Shown here: positions 47,429 through 57,148 of the stretch, one piece after another | Numbering within the stretch: position 1 is the stretch's first letter | How the letters are laid out: each line of letters opens with the position of its first letter | NCBI GenBank assembly: GCA_013166775.1 | Contig: JABLTJ010000006.1 | Coordinates: 59,983 to 123,982 of the forward strand | Reading direction: 5' to 3' | DNA: 64,000 nucleotides | Source: Promethearchaeati archaeon | GTDB lineage: Archaea > Asgardarchaeota > Heimdallarchaeia > Heimdallarchaeales > Heimdallarchaeaceae | The notes under the pieces: model-generated | Told to the model about the DNA's origin: nothing | The model's database searches: none | The model's input: only the letters and a program-made list of their open reading frames with translations | Program-made: the position numbers and the translations under genes

Positions 47429-49294
47429 CTAAATTATATAGTTAACATTCATTCTTTTCAGAAGTATTGGTGCAATTAATATGGATTTTATCCAACCAAT
47501 AGTTAAAGGAGCTGGAAGTACATCTTCTCGAATTGACAGTCTAGATGCTTTAAGTGTAGGATTAAAATCGAATGAGAAAGGTGTAAGACTGTTATATTCT
47601 ACAGCTGGTATAGAGATTTTGGATGGATAAGTTGAACTTACGTGAATTGTGTTATTTGCAACATATGTTGTATCATTTCCCCAAAGAGCATCACCTGTAT
47701 TCGGATTGGTTTCAAATCTTGGAAAGTTTGAACTTGAAATATCTATTCTCAAACTATGACCTTCATTAAATAAATATGCAGTGCTATCTAAAGGAATTGT
47801 TAATTCGTAAACATCACTTTTATTCAAGAAATTCCAATCAGTATATCCTAAACGATTCCTCGCTCTAATGATCGTGTCTGTGATTAGCATTGATCTTCCA
47901 TCAGGATAAACATCTGTAAGCTTCACAGTGAAATCTGTATCCGTACAATTAGATTCAATATAGAGTGTAGTAGTTATTTGACCTGCAATTGTTAACGGTT
48001 CAGTTAAAGCTGGAGTAGAAAATACTAGGACATCATCTCTTGTTTCTACTGATTGCTGATCCCAAGTTCCAGCAGGTAAAGCCAAATTACCACCATATAT
48101 TGTTTCAACAGGATCATTTGGATCATATTCATATGAAAGAAGTGCTTGCTTGTATGAGCTAGCTCCTGGTAAAAGAGATTCATTGGAATGCATATAAAGA
48201 TCTAAGTTTGTTGTACTCAAAGGCCAAAGATCTGATTGATACCATCCATTGGCTAAAATCTCTGGATTGTATTCATATGAGCTCATAAGGTAGAAAACTA
48301 CGTCTGGGTAAAGATCCCAAAGTGTTGAATTATCCCTTAACCATTTTTCAAAAATTGCATCAGCAGCATTCAGCATAATTCCAATATTCTGTTTGTGATA
48401 AGTAATATTCCCACTAGGTGCTCCCATCATACCTCCATGTGTCCAAGGTCCCATAACTAATTTAGCATTTCCTGATGCATTTACACCACCTGAATATTGG
48501 TAACCAATAAAAGCGTTAATTGTTTCTTGAGTGAAGATGTCATACCAACCTCCTAAGTGCAAAGATGCAGCTTGAATCTGTGAATAGTTTTCAACGATTC
48601 TTCCTTGATCCCATATACCATTCAGTTTCTCGTACTCCTTCAAAGAATCTAAGCTCTCATCTGGAAAATCATTACCTTCTAACCAAGGTAGTATGAGTTC
48701 ATGTCTTAATTCTCCTCCTCTAAACATTGCTTCGTAAATATCAGGTGTAGCAACCATCGGAAGCTGACACTTAAGAGAACTAGGGGCATTGGGAGCCATT
48801 AAATATTGAGCTATACCTAAAGCTGAAGGACCCCATGTACCAATCTTTCCATTACACCATTCTTGCTCTGTTATCCAGTCTAAAGAGTCTTGACCATCCA
48901 TTAGTTCAGATATAAATGGTAAACTTAGATCACCTTCTGAACCATAAAAACCTCTAAAATCTTGAAGAATCACGATATAGTTTTTGAGAGCATATCCAAT
49001 TGCCATTAAAGCTAATTGGCTTTTACCGTAAGGAGTACGGATAAAAATAACAGGTAAAGGTTCATCGATTGTACTTGGAACATAGATGTCTGTAGAAATT
49101 CTGACATTATCTCTCATTGAAACCATGTAAGGAACAATTACATAACCTTCTTTCACTGAGCTGTTTGTTGGAAATTGCCATTCAAAACCAGGAATGATTG
49201 GAGGTCTGTCAGGTATATATATTACCATTAATGGAATTGCTATTGCAGAAACAAGTACAACTGATATTATCGAAACCAGAATCTTTCTATTCAC
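47429..49294 (-). CDS. CocE/NonD (S15) family hydrolase, membrane-anchored
   Basis: MRDNVRI, RTPYGK, QDFRG-x-x-GSEG, WGPSALG, GGWYDIF, GPWTHG, SSSNFPRF. Confidence 0.9.
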   Translation of the reverse strand: MNRKILVSIISVVLVSAIAIPLMVIYIPDRPPIIPGFEWQFPTNSSVKEGYVIVPYMVSMRDNVRISTDIYVPSTIDEPLPVIFIRTPYGKSQLALMAIGYALKNYIVILQDFRGFYGSEGDLSLPFISELMDGQDSLDWITEQEWCNGKIGTWGPSALGIAQYLMAPNAPSSLKCQLPMVATPDIYEAMFRGGELRHELILPWLEGNDFPDESLDSLKEYEKLNGIWDQGRIVENYSQIQAASLHLGGWYDIFTQETINAFIGYQYSGGVNASGNAKLVMGPWTHGGMMGAPSGNITYHKQNIGIMLNAADAIFEKWLRDNSTLWDLYPDVVFYLMSSYEYNPEILANGWYQSDLWPLSTTNLDLYMHSNESLLPGASSYKQALLSYEYDPNDPVETIYGGNLALPAGTWDQQSVETRDDVLVFSTPALTEPLTIAGQITTTLYIESNCTDTDFTVKLTDVYPDGRSMLITDTIIRARNRLGYTDWNFLNKSDVYELTIPLDSTAYLFNEGHSLRIDISSSNFPRFETNPNTGDALWGNDTTYVANNTIHVSSTYPSKISIPAVEYNSLTPFSFDFNPTLKASRLSIREDVLPAPLTIGWIKSILIAPILLKRMNVNYII

Positions 49295-49351
49295 AATAAA
49301 GAATACTTCCAGATGTATATAATTTTTTAGTATTGAAGGGAATATTGGGGA

Positions 49352-50008
49352 TTATTTGAAGCATTTTTCTATCTCTTTGACTATGTTTGGATCGTTCATA
49401 ATTGATCCTAACCAAGCCACCACTTCAAGTATAATTCCTGTATCATAATACTCCAACTCTTTAATCAAATTGTATATCTCTTCATTACCAGATTCTATGG
49501 TTTGAATTAAGAAATCTTGTGCATTGGTGTGCCTTTTCACCAATATTTTCTTAAGACATTCTTCATCAGTTTTTCTAGCACCGAATCGTTTTTTTAGTAA
49601 TAAGCTAATTAGTTTAGTTATTGGATCTCTCTTTAACAACACTGCACCCTCAGCATTTTCACTAAAGGGGTGAATGTCTGCAGCTGTTAAGAATAAATAA
49701 GCTCTATTACCATAAAGTGTTTCAGTTCTAATGTTATTTTCTTCATCAATAAATACCCTCTTCCCAACCTTAGCTACAATCCTAGCTTCAATTAATTTTC
49801 CTAAATAACGATAAATTGTTTTATCAGATTTTTTGTTGTTATTATTCTCGTATTCACCAACAATATCTCTAACAGTCATAGGACCTTTTTGTCTTAAAAG
49901 TGTTCGAAGAAAAACAACATTTTCATCTCTCAAAGTGGGATCATTAGCATCTACAATAATGTGTTTGAAAATGCTGGGTTTAATAGAAATAACATCTTGA
50001 TAAGTCAT
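49352..50008 (-). CDS. Winged-helix transcriptional regulator
   Basis: GPMTVRDI...KSDKTIYRYLGKL...ETLYG. Divergent from the ABC operon. Confidence 0.75.
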   Translation of the reverse strand: MTYQDVISIKPSIFKHIIVDANDPTLRDENVVFLRTLLRQKGPMTVRDIVGEYENNNNKKSDKTIYRYLGKLIEARIVAKVGKRVFIDEENNIRTETLYGNRAYLFLTAADIHPFSENAEGAVLLKRDPITKLISLLLKKRFGARKTDEECLKKILVKRHTNAQDFLIQTIESGNEEIYNLIKELEYYDTGIILEVVAWLGSIMNDPNIVKEIEKCFK

Positions 50009-50352
50009 CCTAATCGCTTTTAGTATTTTTTTTGTTCTCAGTTATTTTCACACTGTTTCTTATTTGAATGTCTAGTTAATTCTCAGTAGAAACTTGTGAT
50101 TTTATTTTAGTATTACGCACTCTAAGATGCAAAGAATTCGCATATTCTTAAGGTTTTTGGAACTCCATTCTTAACATAATGTCTCAATCCATCTCACTTT
50201 ATGAGAACACTTTTAAAGGTGTTGAAGAATGGTCGTCTGTAGTTTTGGAAGGTGGACTCATAATAAACACTCTCTCGTTTAAGATCACCAATCTTTCCAC
50301 CTTTCCATCTACGTTACAAAAGTATTATAAAGAACTGAAAATTCATTACGTG

Positions 50353-53300
50353 ATGGACTTGAAGAAGAAACTAGGTTATTTGTTATTGTTAACTATATTT
50401 GCTTTATCTTTTACCAGTAAAATATCTATAGCACAGAGTTCAGAAAACTTACTCTATATGACTGATTTAACTGAAGATGGAGGATTTTCTCAATCGGAAT
50501 CCATTATTGATGGAGCTGGAAATCTGCATACATTCTTTGTCGCTAAATCTTCTCTTGGAGAAAGACTGATGCATCTATATTACATTGAAGAAGAAGTACA
50601 TTTAGAAGTTGTGAGACAAAACGCACATAGTCTGAATCTCTGGTATTCCTATAATACAAGTGCAACTGTAGGAATTGTTTTTTCGATCATCTCGTCAAGT
50701 GGAGAAAATGTTTTTTACCATTACCATTGGGATCCAATAGAAGATGGTGTGGAATTCATTCTTTCTATACCTAGAGAATATTACATCAATGTTGATGTCT
50801 TTATTAAAGTGTGTTTCGTAGACTGGGTTGTACATGTTTTTTATACTTTAATTTGGGGAGAAATGGGGGGGAATAAGAATATAACTCATTATTATGGTTA
50901 TTATGAAGATGATTTTAATAGTGAGTCATTTGTGCTACCTTACTATGATCCTTTGTTTCAATATGCTAGGGATGTTGTTGATGTTATTGTAGATGAAAGC
51001 CAAGAAATTTGGTATCTATATCAGAGAAAAGAACCAGTATATGGAATTGGAATCTATAAAATTGAAGCTGATAGTTTCGTTTTTTACGATTTTGAAGTAT
51101 TTAGTGAAGTCTACAATCCAGTTGATAAAATTGTAACATCACTAGATGATGATCCTAGTGTAAATTTTACCCTAGTTTTTACAAATCCTTCTTCTATCCA
51201 TTGGGGTACATTTGATGGATCAGAACTATCAGAACACTATCAGACTACTTTTTATGCAAATCCAATAGATATAATTTTAGAAATAGAAGAAGGAAGAACA
51301 TCAGTAATCATCACTGATTTTTCTGAAACAACCAATACGGTTAATTTCTACCATGGTACTCTACAGAATAGTCAATTTACCTTCAGAACTATAGAATCTA
51401 GTGAACCTATCCCTGTAAATCATTTCTCTGTTTCTATTTCTGGAAACGACTATGTAATTTTGTTTAACAAAACAGTTGATACATCTAAGTATAAGCCGGA
51501 AACAGAATCTTCTTTGCGTTACAGAGAAAAGCAAGCAATAGCTTTATTTATATTATCTTCTCATGATTTTCAAATCTCAGCTTATATAGAAAATTTAGAA
51601 CTGTATAATCCAATACAAGAATTCTTCCAGACAAAATGGTATATTTTAGTAATTATAGGTGGTGTATTAACACTATTTGTAACGATCTTTATAATTCTCT
51701 ATAGGAGAAGAAGAATAGAAATCAAAGCCTTTCTGACTGATAAACAAGTAGGTGATTTCAACAGATTTGTTCTCTTCTTCTTGAATATTTGGCGACTAAT
51801 TAGTAACAGCTTTAATCTAGTTTTCTCCATATGGTTTTCACACAAAAAGAGATCAATCATTACTCTTGCAGGATTCCTGATTACAGGTTACTTGTTAAGT
51901 TCTGCTATTATCATAGCTCAATCAGAAGAATCAGCAATGGTTAAGGCATTTGATAGAACTTATCCTTTAGATGGAGATAGTACTATTTCAATCAAATTAG
52001 ATACTAGTTTTGCAACAGCTCCTGTTGCAACATATGATAGTGATGCAAAAGAAGAAATATTAGATTTATATGACGATTATGAGTTTAGAAAATATATCGA
52101 GGGAATAGAATCTTCTTATTATACGGGAATCAAAGTTGGAATAGCATACAGTCCTAGATTACTGGTAGCACTTCCAGACGATTCAGATGAGTTCATTTTC
52201 TCCACGCTCTATGAAGGAAGAACTCCTATAAACGCAAATGAAATTATAATGAATGATCGAACTGCGGAATTCTATCATCTTGAATTAAATGATACAATTA
52301 CTATAACTCCCGCAAAGTATAACGTAACTTTGGTTGGTATTTACTCTGAATTGAACGTAGCACAAACAAGAAGGCTAGCAAACTATCTAGATCTCCCACA
52401 TGATATTTATAGTCTCTTTGAAGTAGCAGATATTTTAACTAAAACCAGCTTATTCTTCGAACTTCTATCAGGTATGGGTTCTATAAATCAAGATATTCAT
52501 GGTTATTATCAATTCTTAACTAATTTCAACCAATTTAAGATGGCTGACAGAACTACTTTGATTGAAGAACAAACATCTCTTAATCAAAAAGTATTTAGTT
52601 TCAGTTTCGATACCGCATCTTCAGTAAAAATACGAAATGAAATGTTGGAGTTCTTCGGTAGCTTTAATGCTTATTACCTGAAAAATATGGCTAGATTACT
52701 TATTTTCGCTGTTCCTGCAATTTTGCTCTCTATTTTCATGGTGTTTGAATCTTCAGAATTGTTCTCATCTAGTTATGAGAAAGAAATAGAGATTCTTGGA
52801 AATAGAGGAGTAAGAGGTAGAAAACTTACTTGGATTTATATGACAATAAGAATGTTTGAGGTAGTTACAGCAGCTCTTCTAAGTTTCGGTTTAGCTGTTC
52901 TTACTGCAACTCCATTGATTAAAATAAACGGATTTCTAAGATTTAATAATCCAGACACTCATCTAGTAATAGGTAAAGTAGGAGTAGAGCTTGCTCTTGT
53001 TATGCTCATTCTCTTTGTAATCTCAGTACCAAGAATCATAATGATTGTCTCACGAAAGAGAGCAGTGGAAAAAGCACCAAACGTGTTTAAGAAAATTCTC
53101 AAATTTATTTCATGGAGAGATTTATTCTTCATAGGTATAGGTTCTGGATTCTTCTTCTATTTCTATAATGCGACTTTCTTAGCTTATTATGAGAGCAATA
53201 TCAGCAATTTCACAACATTTCTATTTCTAACTATAGGAGGAGCTATTTTCATTCTTCTAGGAGGTCTACCTCTGGTAATTAAGTTACTCAGCACAATCTG

Positions 53301-54540
53301 GAAAGTACTAGGATTTATCATTTGGAAAACAAGAAAATCAAAGATAAGTTTCACGTTTTCTGAAATCAGCAAAGATATTAGATATTTCGAAAACATAACT
53401 CTTATTTTCTTGTTAGTTGTATGTATATTGATACCTGTTCTTGTAGTTCCTTATTCAAAGGAATCAACTCTTACAGAACAAGCTTACTTCATGAATGGTG
53501 CAGATCTTAAAGTAGAAAATTGGCATCAAAGGTATGGTATGTCCATTGAGGAAGTAGCAGCTTTAGAAGGTGTAGAGAGTGTTACACAAGTTAAATTGCA
53601 TAATATGCATGTAGTTACTGTAGAAGTCGTATCACCATTATCGTTCAAAACGATACCGGTTAGTATACTCGAGATAAATAACACGAACTTCTTATCAACG
53701 TTTTATGAACCTCCAATTCAATTAGAAGTGGAAAACTGGGCACAAGTTGGAGAACTAAATAACGATACAGTTATGATGTCCGAAGCTACATTAGATCATT
53801 ATATTCTGGATGTAGGGGACGAATATAAGTTTGAAAATGTCTTAATGACTCGAAATCACTATGTAACCGTGATAGCTGATTTTGAACTTTTCCCAGTTTT
53901 TTATTTCGAAGAAGATGCGGAAGAAGAATCATTAATGATAGTTGTTACTAACGAATGTTTTGAAAAGCTTCTAAACGTTGATCCTTCAATTACCAAAATC
54001 ACTGATGAATTATATGTAAGATTGAATAATATTGATGCTCTTGAAGCTGTAGGAAGCGCAATCTATAGTGGAACAGGTCTAGTATCGAAAAGCATTGAAG
54101 ATTGGAAAAACAGGTTGAAGACACCACTATATAATATTTTCATTATTGAGATGATTCTATCATTGTTTGTAGCATCAATTGTATTAGTATTTTCAAGTTT
54201 TACAACTGCGATAAAAATCCTAGAAAAAAGAATAATAAAACACGACATCATGAAGAAAATGGGTCTCAATATAAACCGAATTGTGAATATGTCTACTATA
54301 CAAACGATGATCGCAGCTATACTGCCTGCTCTGGGGATAGGAGCAGCAGTAGGTTACCTAACAATAGGTCCAACATTAATCCAACTCAATTTTGGGATTG
54401 AACCTTTTGGACTTTATATCAATTATCCTCTGATTCCTCTGATTGTACTATTTGTTGGTATTCCAATTTTAGTATATGTCGGGCTAAACTATTTCCTACG
54501 TAGAGAATTTGGAAAATATGCCCCAACTGTTATGGAGTAG
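50353..54540 (+). CDS. Large FtsX/MacB-like ABC transporter permease with an extra N-terminal extracellular domain
   Basis: Two FtsX-type halves (EIEILGNRG; IMKKMG), GRTP...EI and GADL motifs. Signal peptide follows ATG 50353 (the ORF track starts at 50179). Confidence 0.8.
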   Translation: MDLKKKLGYLLLLTIFALSFTSKISIAQSSENLLYMTDLTEDGGFSQSESIIDGAGNLHTFFVAKSSLGERLMHLYYIEEEVHLEVVRQNAHSLNLWYSYNTSATVGIVFSIISSSGENVFYHYHWDPIEDGVEFILSIPREYYINVDVFIKVCFVDWVVHVFYTLIWGEMGGNKNITHYYGYYEDDFNSESFVLPYYDPLFQYARDVVDVIVDESQEIWYLYQRKEPVYGIGIYKIEADSFVFYDFEVFSEVYNPVDKIVTSLDDDPSVNFTLVFTNPSSIHWGTFDGSELSEHYQTTFYANPIDIILEIEEGRTSVIITDFSETTNTVNFYHGTLQNSQFTFRTIESSEPIPVNHFSVSISGNDYVILFNKTVDTSKYKPETESSLRYREKQAIALFILSSHDFQISAYIENLELYNPIQEFFQTKWYILVIIGGVLTLFVTIFIILYRRRRIEIKAFLTDKQVGDFNRFVLFFLNIWRLISNSFNLVFSIWFSHKKRSIITLAGFLITGYLLSSAIIIAQSEESAMVKAFDRTYPLDGDSTISIKLDTSFATAPVATYDSDAKEEILDLYDDYEFRKYIEGIESSYYTGIKVGIAYSPRLLVALPDDSDEFIFSTLYEGRTPINANEIIMNDRTAEFYHLELNDTITITPAKYNVTLVGIYSELNVAQTRRLANYLDLPHDIYSLFEVADILTKTSLFFELLSGMGSINQDIHGYYQFLTNFNQFKMADRTTLIEEQTSLNQKVFSFSFDTASSVKIRNEMLEFFGSFNAYYLKNMARLLIFAVPAILLSIFMVFESSELFSSSYEKEIEILGNRGVRGRKLTWIYMTIRMFEVVTAALLSFGLAVLTATPLIKINGFLRFNNPDTHLVIGKVGVELALVMLILFVISVPRIIMIVSRKRAVEKAPNVFKKILKFISWRDLFFIGIGSGFFFYFYNATFLAYYESNISNFTTFLFLTIGGAIFILLGGLPLVIKLLSTIWKVLGFIIWKTRKSKISFTFSEISKDIRYFENITLIFLLVVCILIPVLVVPYSKESTLTEQAYFMNGADLKVENWHQRYGMSIEEVAALEGVESVTQVKLHNMHVVTVEVVSPLSFKTIPVSILEINNTNFLSTFYEPPIQLEVENWAQVGELNNDTVMMSEATLDHYILDVGDEYKFENVLMTRNHYVTVIADFELFPVFYFEEDAEEESLMIVVTNECFEKLLNVDPSITKITDELYVRLNNIDALEAVGSAIYSGTGLVSKSIEDWKNRLKTPLYNIFIIEMILSLFVASIVLVFSSFTTAIKILEKRIIKHDIMKKMGLNINRIVNMSTIQTMIAAILPALGIGAAVGYLTIGPTLIQLNFGIEPFGLYINYPLIPLIVLFVGIPILVYVGLNYFLRREFGKYAPTVME

Positions 54541-56313
54541 ATGAGAATGATAATATGCAAAGACTTAGTGAAAATCTATTGGGATCCGATAACTGATGTT
54601 AAAGTATCAGCTCTTAGAGGATTGGATTTATTCATCAAGGAAGGAGATGTAGCTAGCATCATTGGACCAAGCGGAGCTGGAAAAACTACACTTGTCAAAA
54701 TTCTTTCAGGTTTAGAGAAACCAAGTGGTGGATCTATTTTTATTGATGAAATTAACATAGCTGAACTTTCTCAAAAACAAATGAAACAGTTCAGGTTTGA
54801 AAAGATGGGGATTGTAAGTCAATTCGTTCATCAGAATTTGTTATCGAATATGACACTTGAGAAAAACATTCTCTTCCCAATGAAAATGAGATTTGTGCAT
54901 AGAGAGAGAGCTCTAAAAGAAACAGATGAATTAATAAAAATGTTAAATCTAAACAAGATTAGAACTAACCCAGTAACTAAAGTTTCTGGAGGTGAAGCAG
55001 TTAGAACTAGTATTGGGGTTGCATTAGCAAAACATCCTAGAATCCTTTTAGCTGATGAACCCACTGGAATGCTAGATACAACCAACACTAATGATATCAT
55101 TGAAACTTTTAGAGATCTTAATCAAGATTTAGGAACAACAATATTGGTTGTCACACACGATCTCCGTTTCAGAAATGCATTTCAAAACAGTTTCATTATA
55201 CGTGATGGTCGTCTAGTAGGTGTGAATCTTGATCAAGATAGAGGAGAACTTGAATTTATCTTACGACCTCAAGAATCTGTACTACAATCTGTTATCGATA
55301 GTTCTCAATTCATTCGAATTCCAGATGAGCTTTTCTCCGTTCATGATTTCAAACATATAGTGGAATTTGATATTCATCCATCCAAACGATTCTCTGCTTT
55401 CTTTAATCCTGATGAAATCTCTAGAGATGAAGTAATTGATTTAATGAAAAGAACTGATGAGTATGCAACAGAGGAAGAAGAGAAGGATGAAGACTCAAAG
55501 AAGAAAGTGTCCTTTAGTGAAATTCGTCCTATTCTAGAACAAGAATTTCCTTATCCCGAGGATGGAAATGAAATAATAAAAGTGAAGAATCTTTTCAAAT
55601 CCTATCCTGCTGGAAGAATTGTAAATGAAGTTTTAAAAGATTTAAGTTTTACAGTGAATGAAGGAGATTTTGTTGTAATCTCAGGTAAGAGTGGAGCTGG
55701 GAAAACAACTCTTATGAACACTCTTGGTGGAATTGAGACTCCTGATTCAGGTGATATTAATATTAAAGACTTTGATATGATAAATGAATCAGGAAAGAAG
55801 ATTTCGTTTTTCCGTTTTCATGAAGTTGCTATGATTAGTCAAATGAATAATCTGTTCGACCAATATACAATAAGAGAAAATATGATTATACCAAGACTCT
55901 TTCGCAGAGAAAGAATCTTCAAGAGACGAAGAGATGATATCCCAAGAATAGTACAAGATGTAGAAATCGATCACAAGATCAAATCATATGCAGCTGAACT
56001 CTCAGCGGGTGAACGTCAAAGAGCAGCTTTAGCAGTTGCTTTAGCTAGAAGAGCTCCAATCATCTTAGCCGATGAACCTACAGCGAACTTAGATTCAAGA
56101 TTAGCAAGGAATATCGTTACACTATTGATGGAAACTGCTCAAAGATATAAAACAACCATAATCATGAGTACTCATGATTTGAGTTTAGTTCGACCTGGTT
56201 TCAGATTAATTAAATTGCAGGATGGTCGTAAAATCGATGATTTCAGAATTACAAAAGACAGTCTCAAAGGAATAATCGAAGATTATCTTGGAATTGAAAT
56301 TGCTGATAACTAA
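54541..56313 (+). CDS. ABC ATPase with two LolD/MacB-type nucleotide-binding domains
   Basis: GPSGAGKT / GKSGAGKT, SGGE / SAGE, LADEPTGMLD / LADEPTANLD, VTHD / STHD. Abuts the permease stop. Confidence 0.92.
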   Translation: MRMIICKDLVKIYWDPITDVKVSALRGLDLFIKEGDVASIIGPSGAGKTTLVKILSGLEKPSGGSIFIDEINIAELSQKQMKQFRFEKMGIVSQFVHQNLLSNMTLEKNILFPMKMRFVHRERALKETDELIKMLNLNKIRTNPVTKVSGGEAVRTSIGVALAKHPRILLADEPTGMLDTTNTNDIIETFRDLNQDLGTTILVVTHDLRFRNAFQNSFIIRDGRLVGVNLDQDRGELEFILRPQESVLQSVIDSSQFIRIPDELFSVHDFKHIVEFDIHPSKRFSAFFNPDEISRDEVIDLMKRTDEYATEEEEKDEDSKKKVSFSEIRPILEQEFPYPEDGNEIIKVKNLFKSYPAGRIVNEVLKDLSFTVNEGDFVVISGKSGAGKTTLMNTLGGIETPDSGDINIKDFDMINESGKKISFFRFHEVAMISQMNNLFDQYTIRENMIIPRLFRRERIFKRRRDDIPRIVQDVEIDHKIKSYAAELSAGERQRAALAVALARRAPIILADEPTANLDSRLARNIVTLLMETAQRYKTTIIMSTHDLSLVRPGFRLIKLQDGRKIDDFRITKDSLKGIIEDYLGIEIADN

Positions 56314-56319
56314 TTCAAT

Positions 56320-56338
56320 CTTCTTTCTTTTTTATTTT
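56320..56338 (+). terminator. Oligo-T terminator between convergent genes
   Basis: CTTCTTTCTTTTTTATTTT after the ABC ATPase stop. Confidence 0.45.
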
Positions 56339-56348
56339 CAGAATAATT

Positions 56349-57095
56349 TTATTTGATTCTTATGTCCATAACTGATTGAAGAATAACATCTGCATTCTTT
56401 AGATCCATCTCCTCTGATCTTCCTGTTAGCACTCCTATACAGCAAAGAGCTCCTGCATTCTTACCCATTAACATATCTCTATCATCGTCACCAACGACAA
56501 TTGATTTAGATACGTCAACTTCTAAGAGCTTGCATGCATATTGAAGCATATCTGGAGCAGGTTTTGCATGATAGGGTGAATCTATATCAAGACCTAATAC
56601 TAGATCAAATAGATGGAACAATCCTGCGCTCATCAATTGTTTTTCTGCAGGCTCTTTTCCATCATGAGTAACAAGTAGAGTTTTAATTTTCGCTTTACGG
56701 AACTCTTGAAGCACTTTATTCACTCCTTCATAGATTTCAACGTGTTCGGAAAAATCAACCAGATTGTCAACTTCATCGAAAATTTCCGCAATATCTTCAA
56801 CTGTTGAGTTTATTGAGAATTTTCTAAGATATTCCCTAGTTCTTCTTATGATTTCAACTCTTTCAATATGAATTGGACCATCAGATATAATTTCAAGAGT
56901 TTCAGAATCCAGACCCATAAGTTCTAAAATATTTTTACGACTTTTATCGGACAAATGAAATTTCTCTAAAAGAAGCTCAGTTCTTTTCTCCATAACAGGT
57001 ATATACATATTTAAGTTGAGTAATGTCCCATCCTTATCAAAACAGATAAGTTCAATGTCATTGAGTTGTGTATCAGAACACCAAACAGTAGTCAT
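56349..57095 (-). CDS. HAD-superfamily hydrolase (phosphoglycolate phosphatase-like)
   Basis: FDKDGTL motif I, VT motif II, KPAP, VVGD-x-x-x-D. Confidence 0.9.
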   Translation of the reverse strand: MTTVWCSDTQLNDIELICFDKDGTLLNLNMYIPVMEKRTELLLEKFHLSDKSRKNILELMGLDSETLEIISDGPIHIERVEIIRRTREYLRKFSINSTVEDIAEIFDEVDNLVDFSEHVEIYEGVNKVLQEFRKAKIKTLLVTHDGKEPAEKQLMSAGLFHLFDLVLGLDIDSPYHAKPAPDMLQYACKLLEVDVSKSIVVGDDDRDMLMGKNAGALCCIGVLTGRSEEMDLKNADVILQSVMDIRIK

Positions 57096-57148
57096 ACAAG
57101 TGTAACAAACAATTCTTTGTTTAATAATCTTGTGCCCAAATACTTTTT

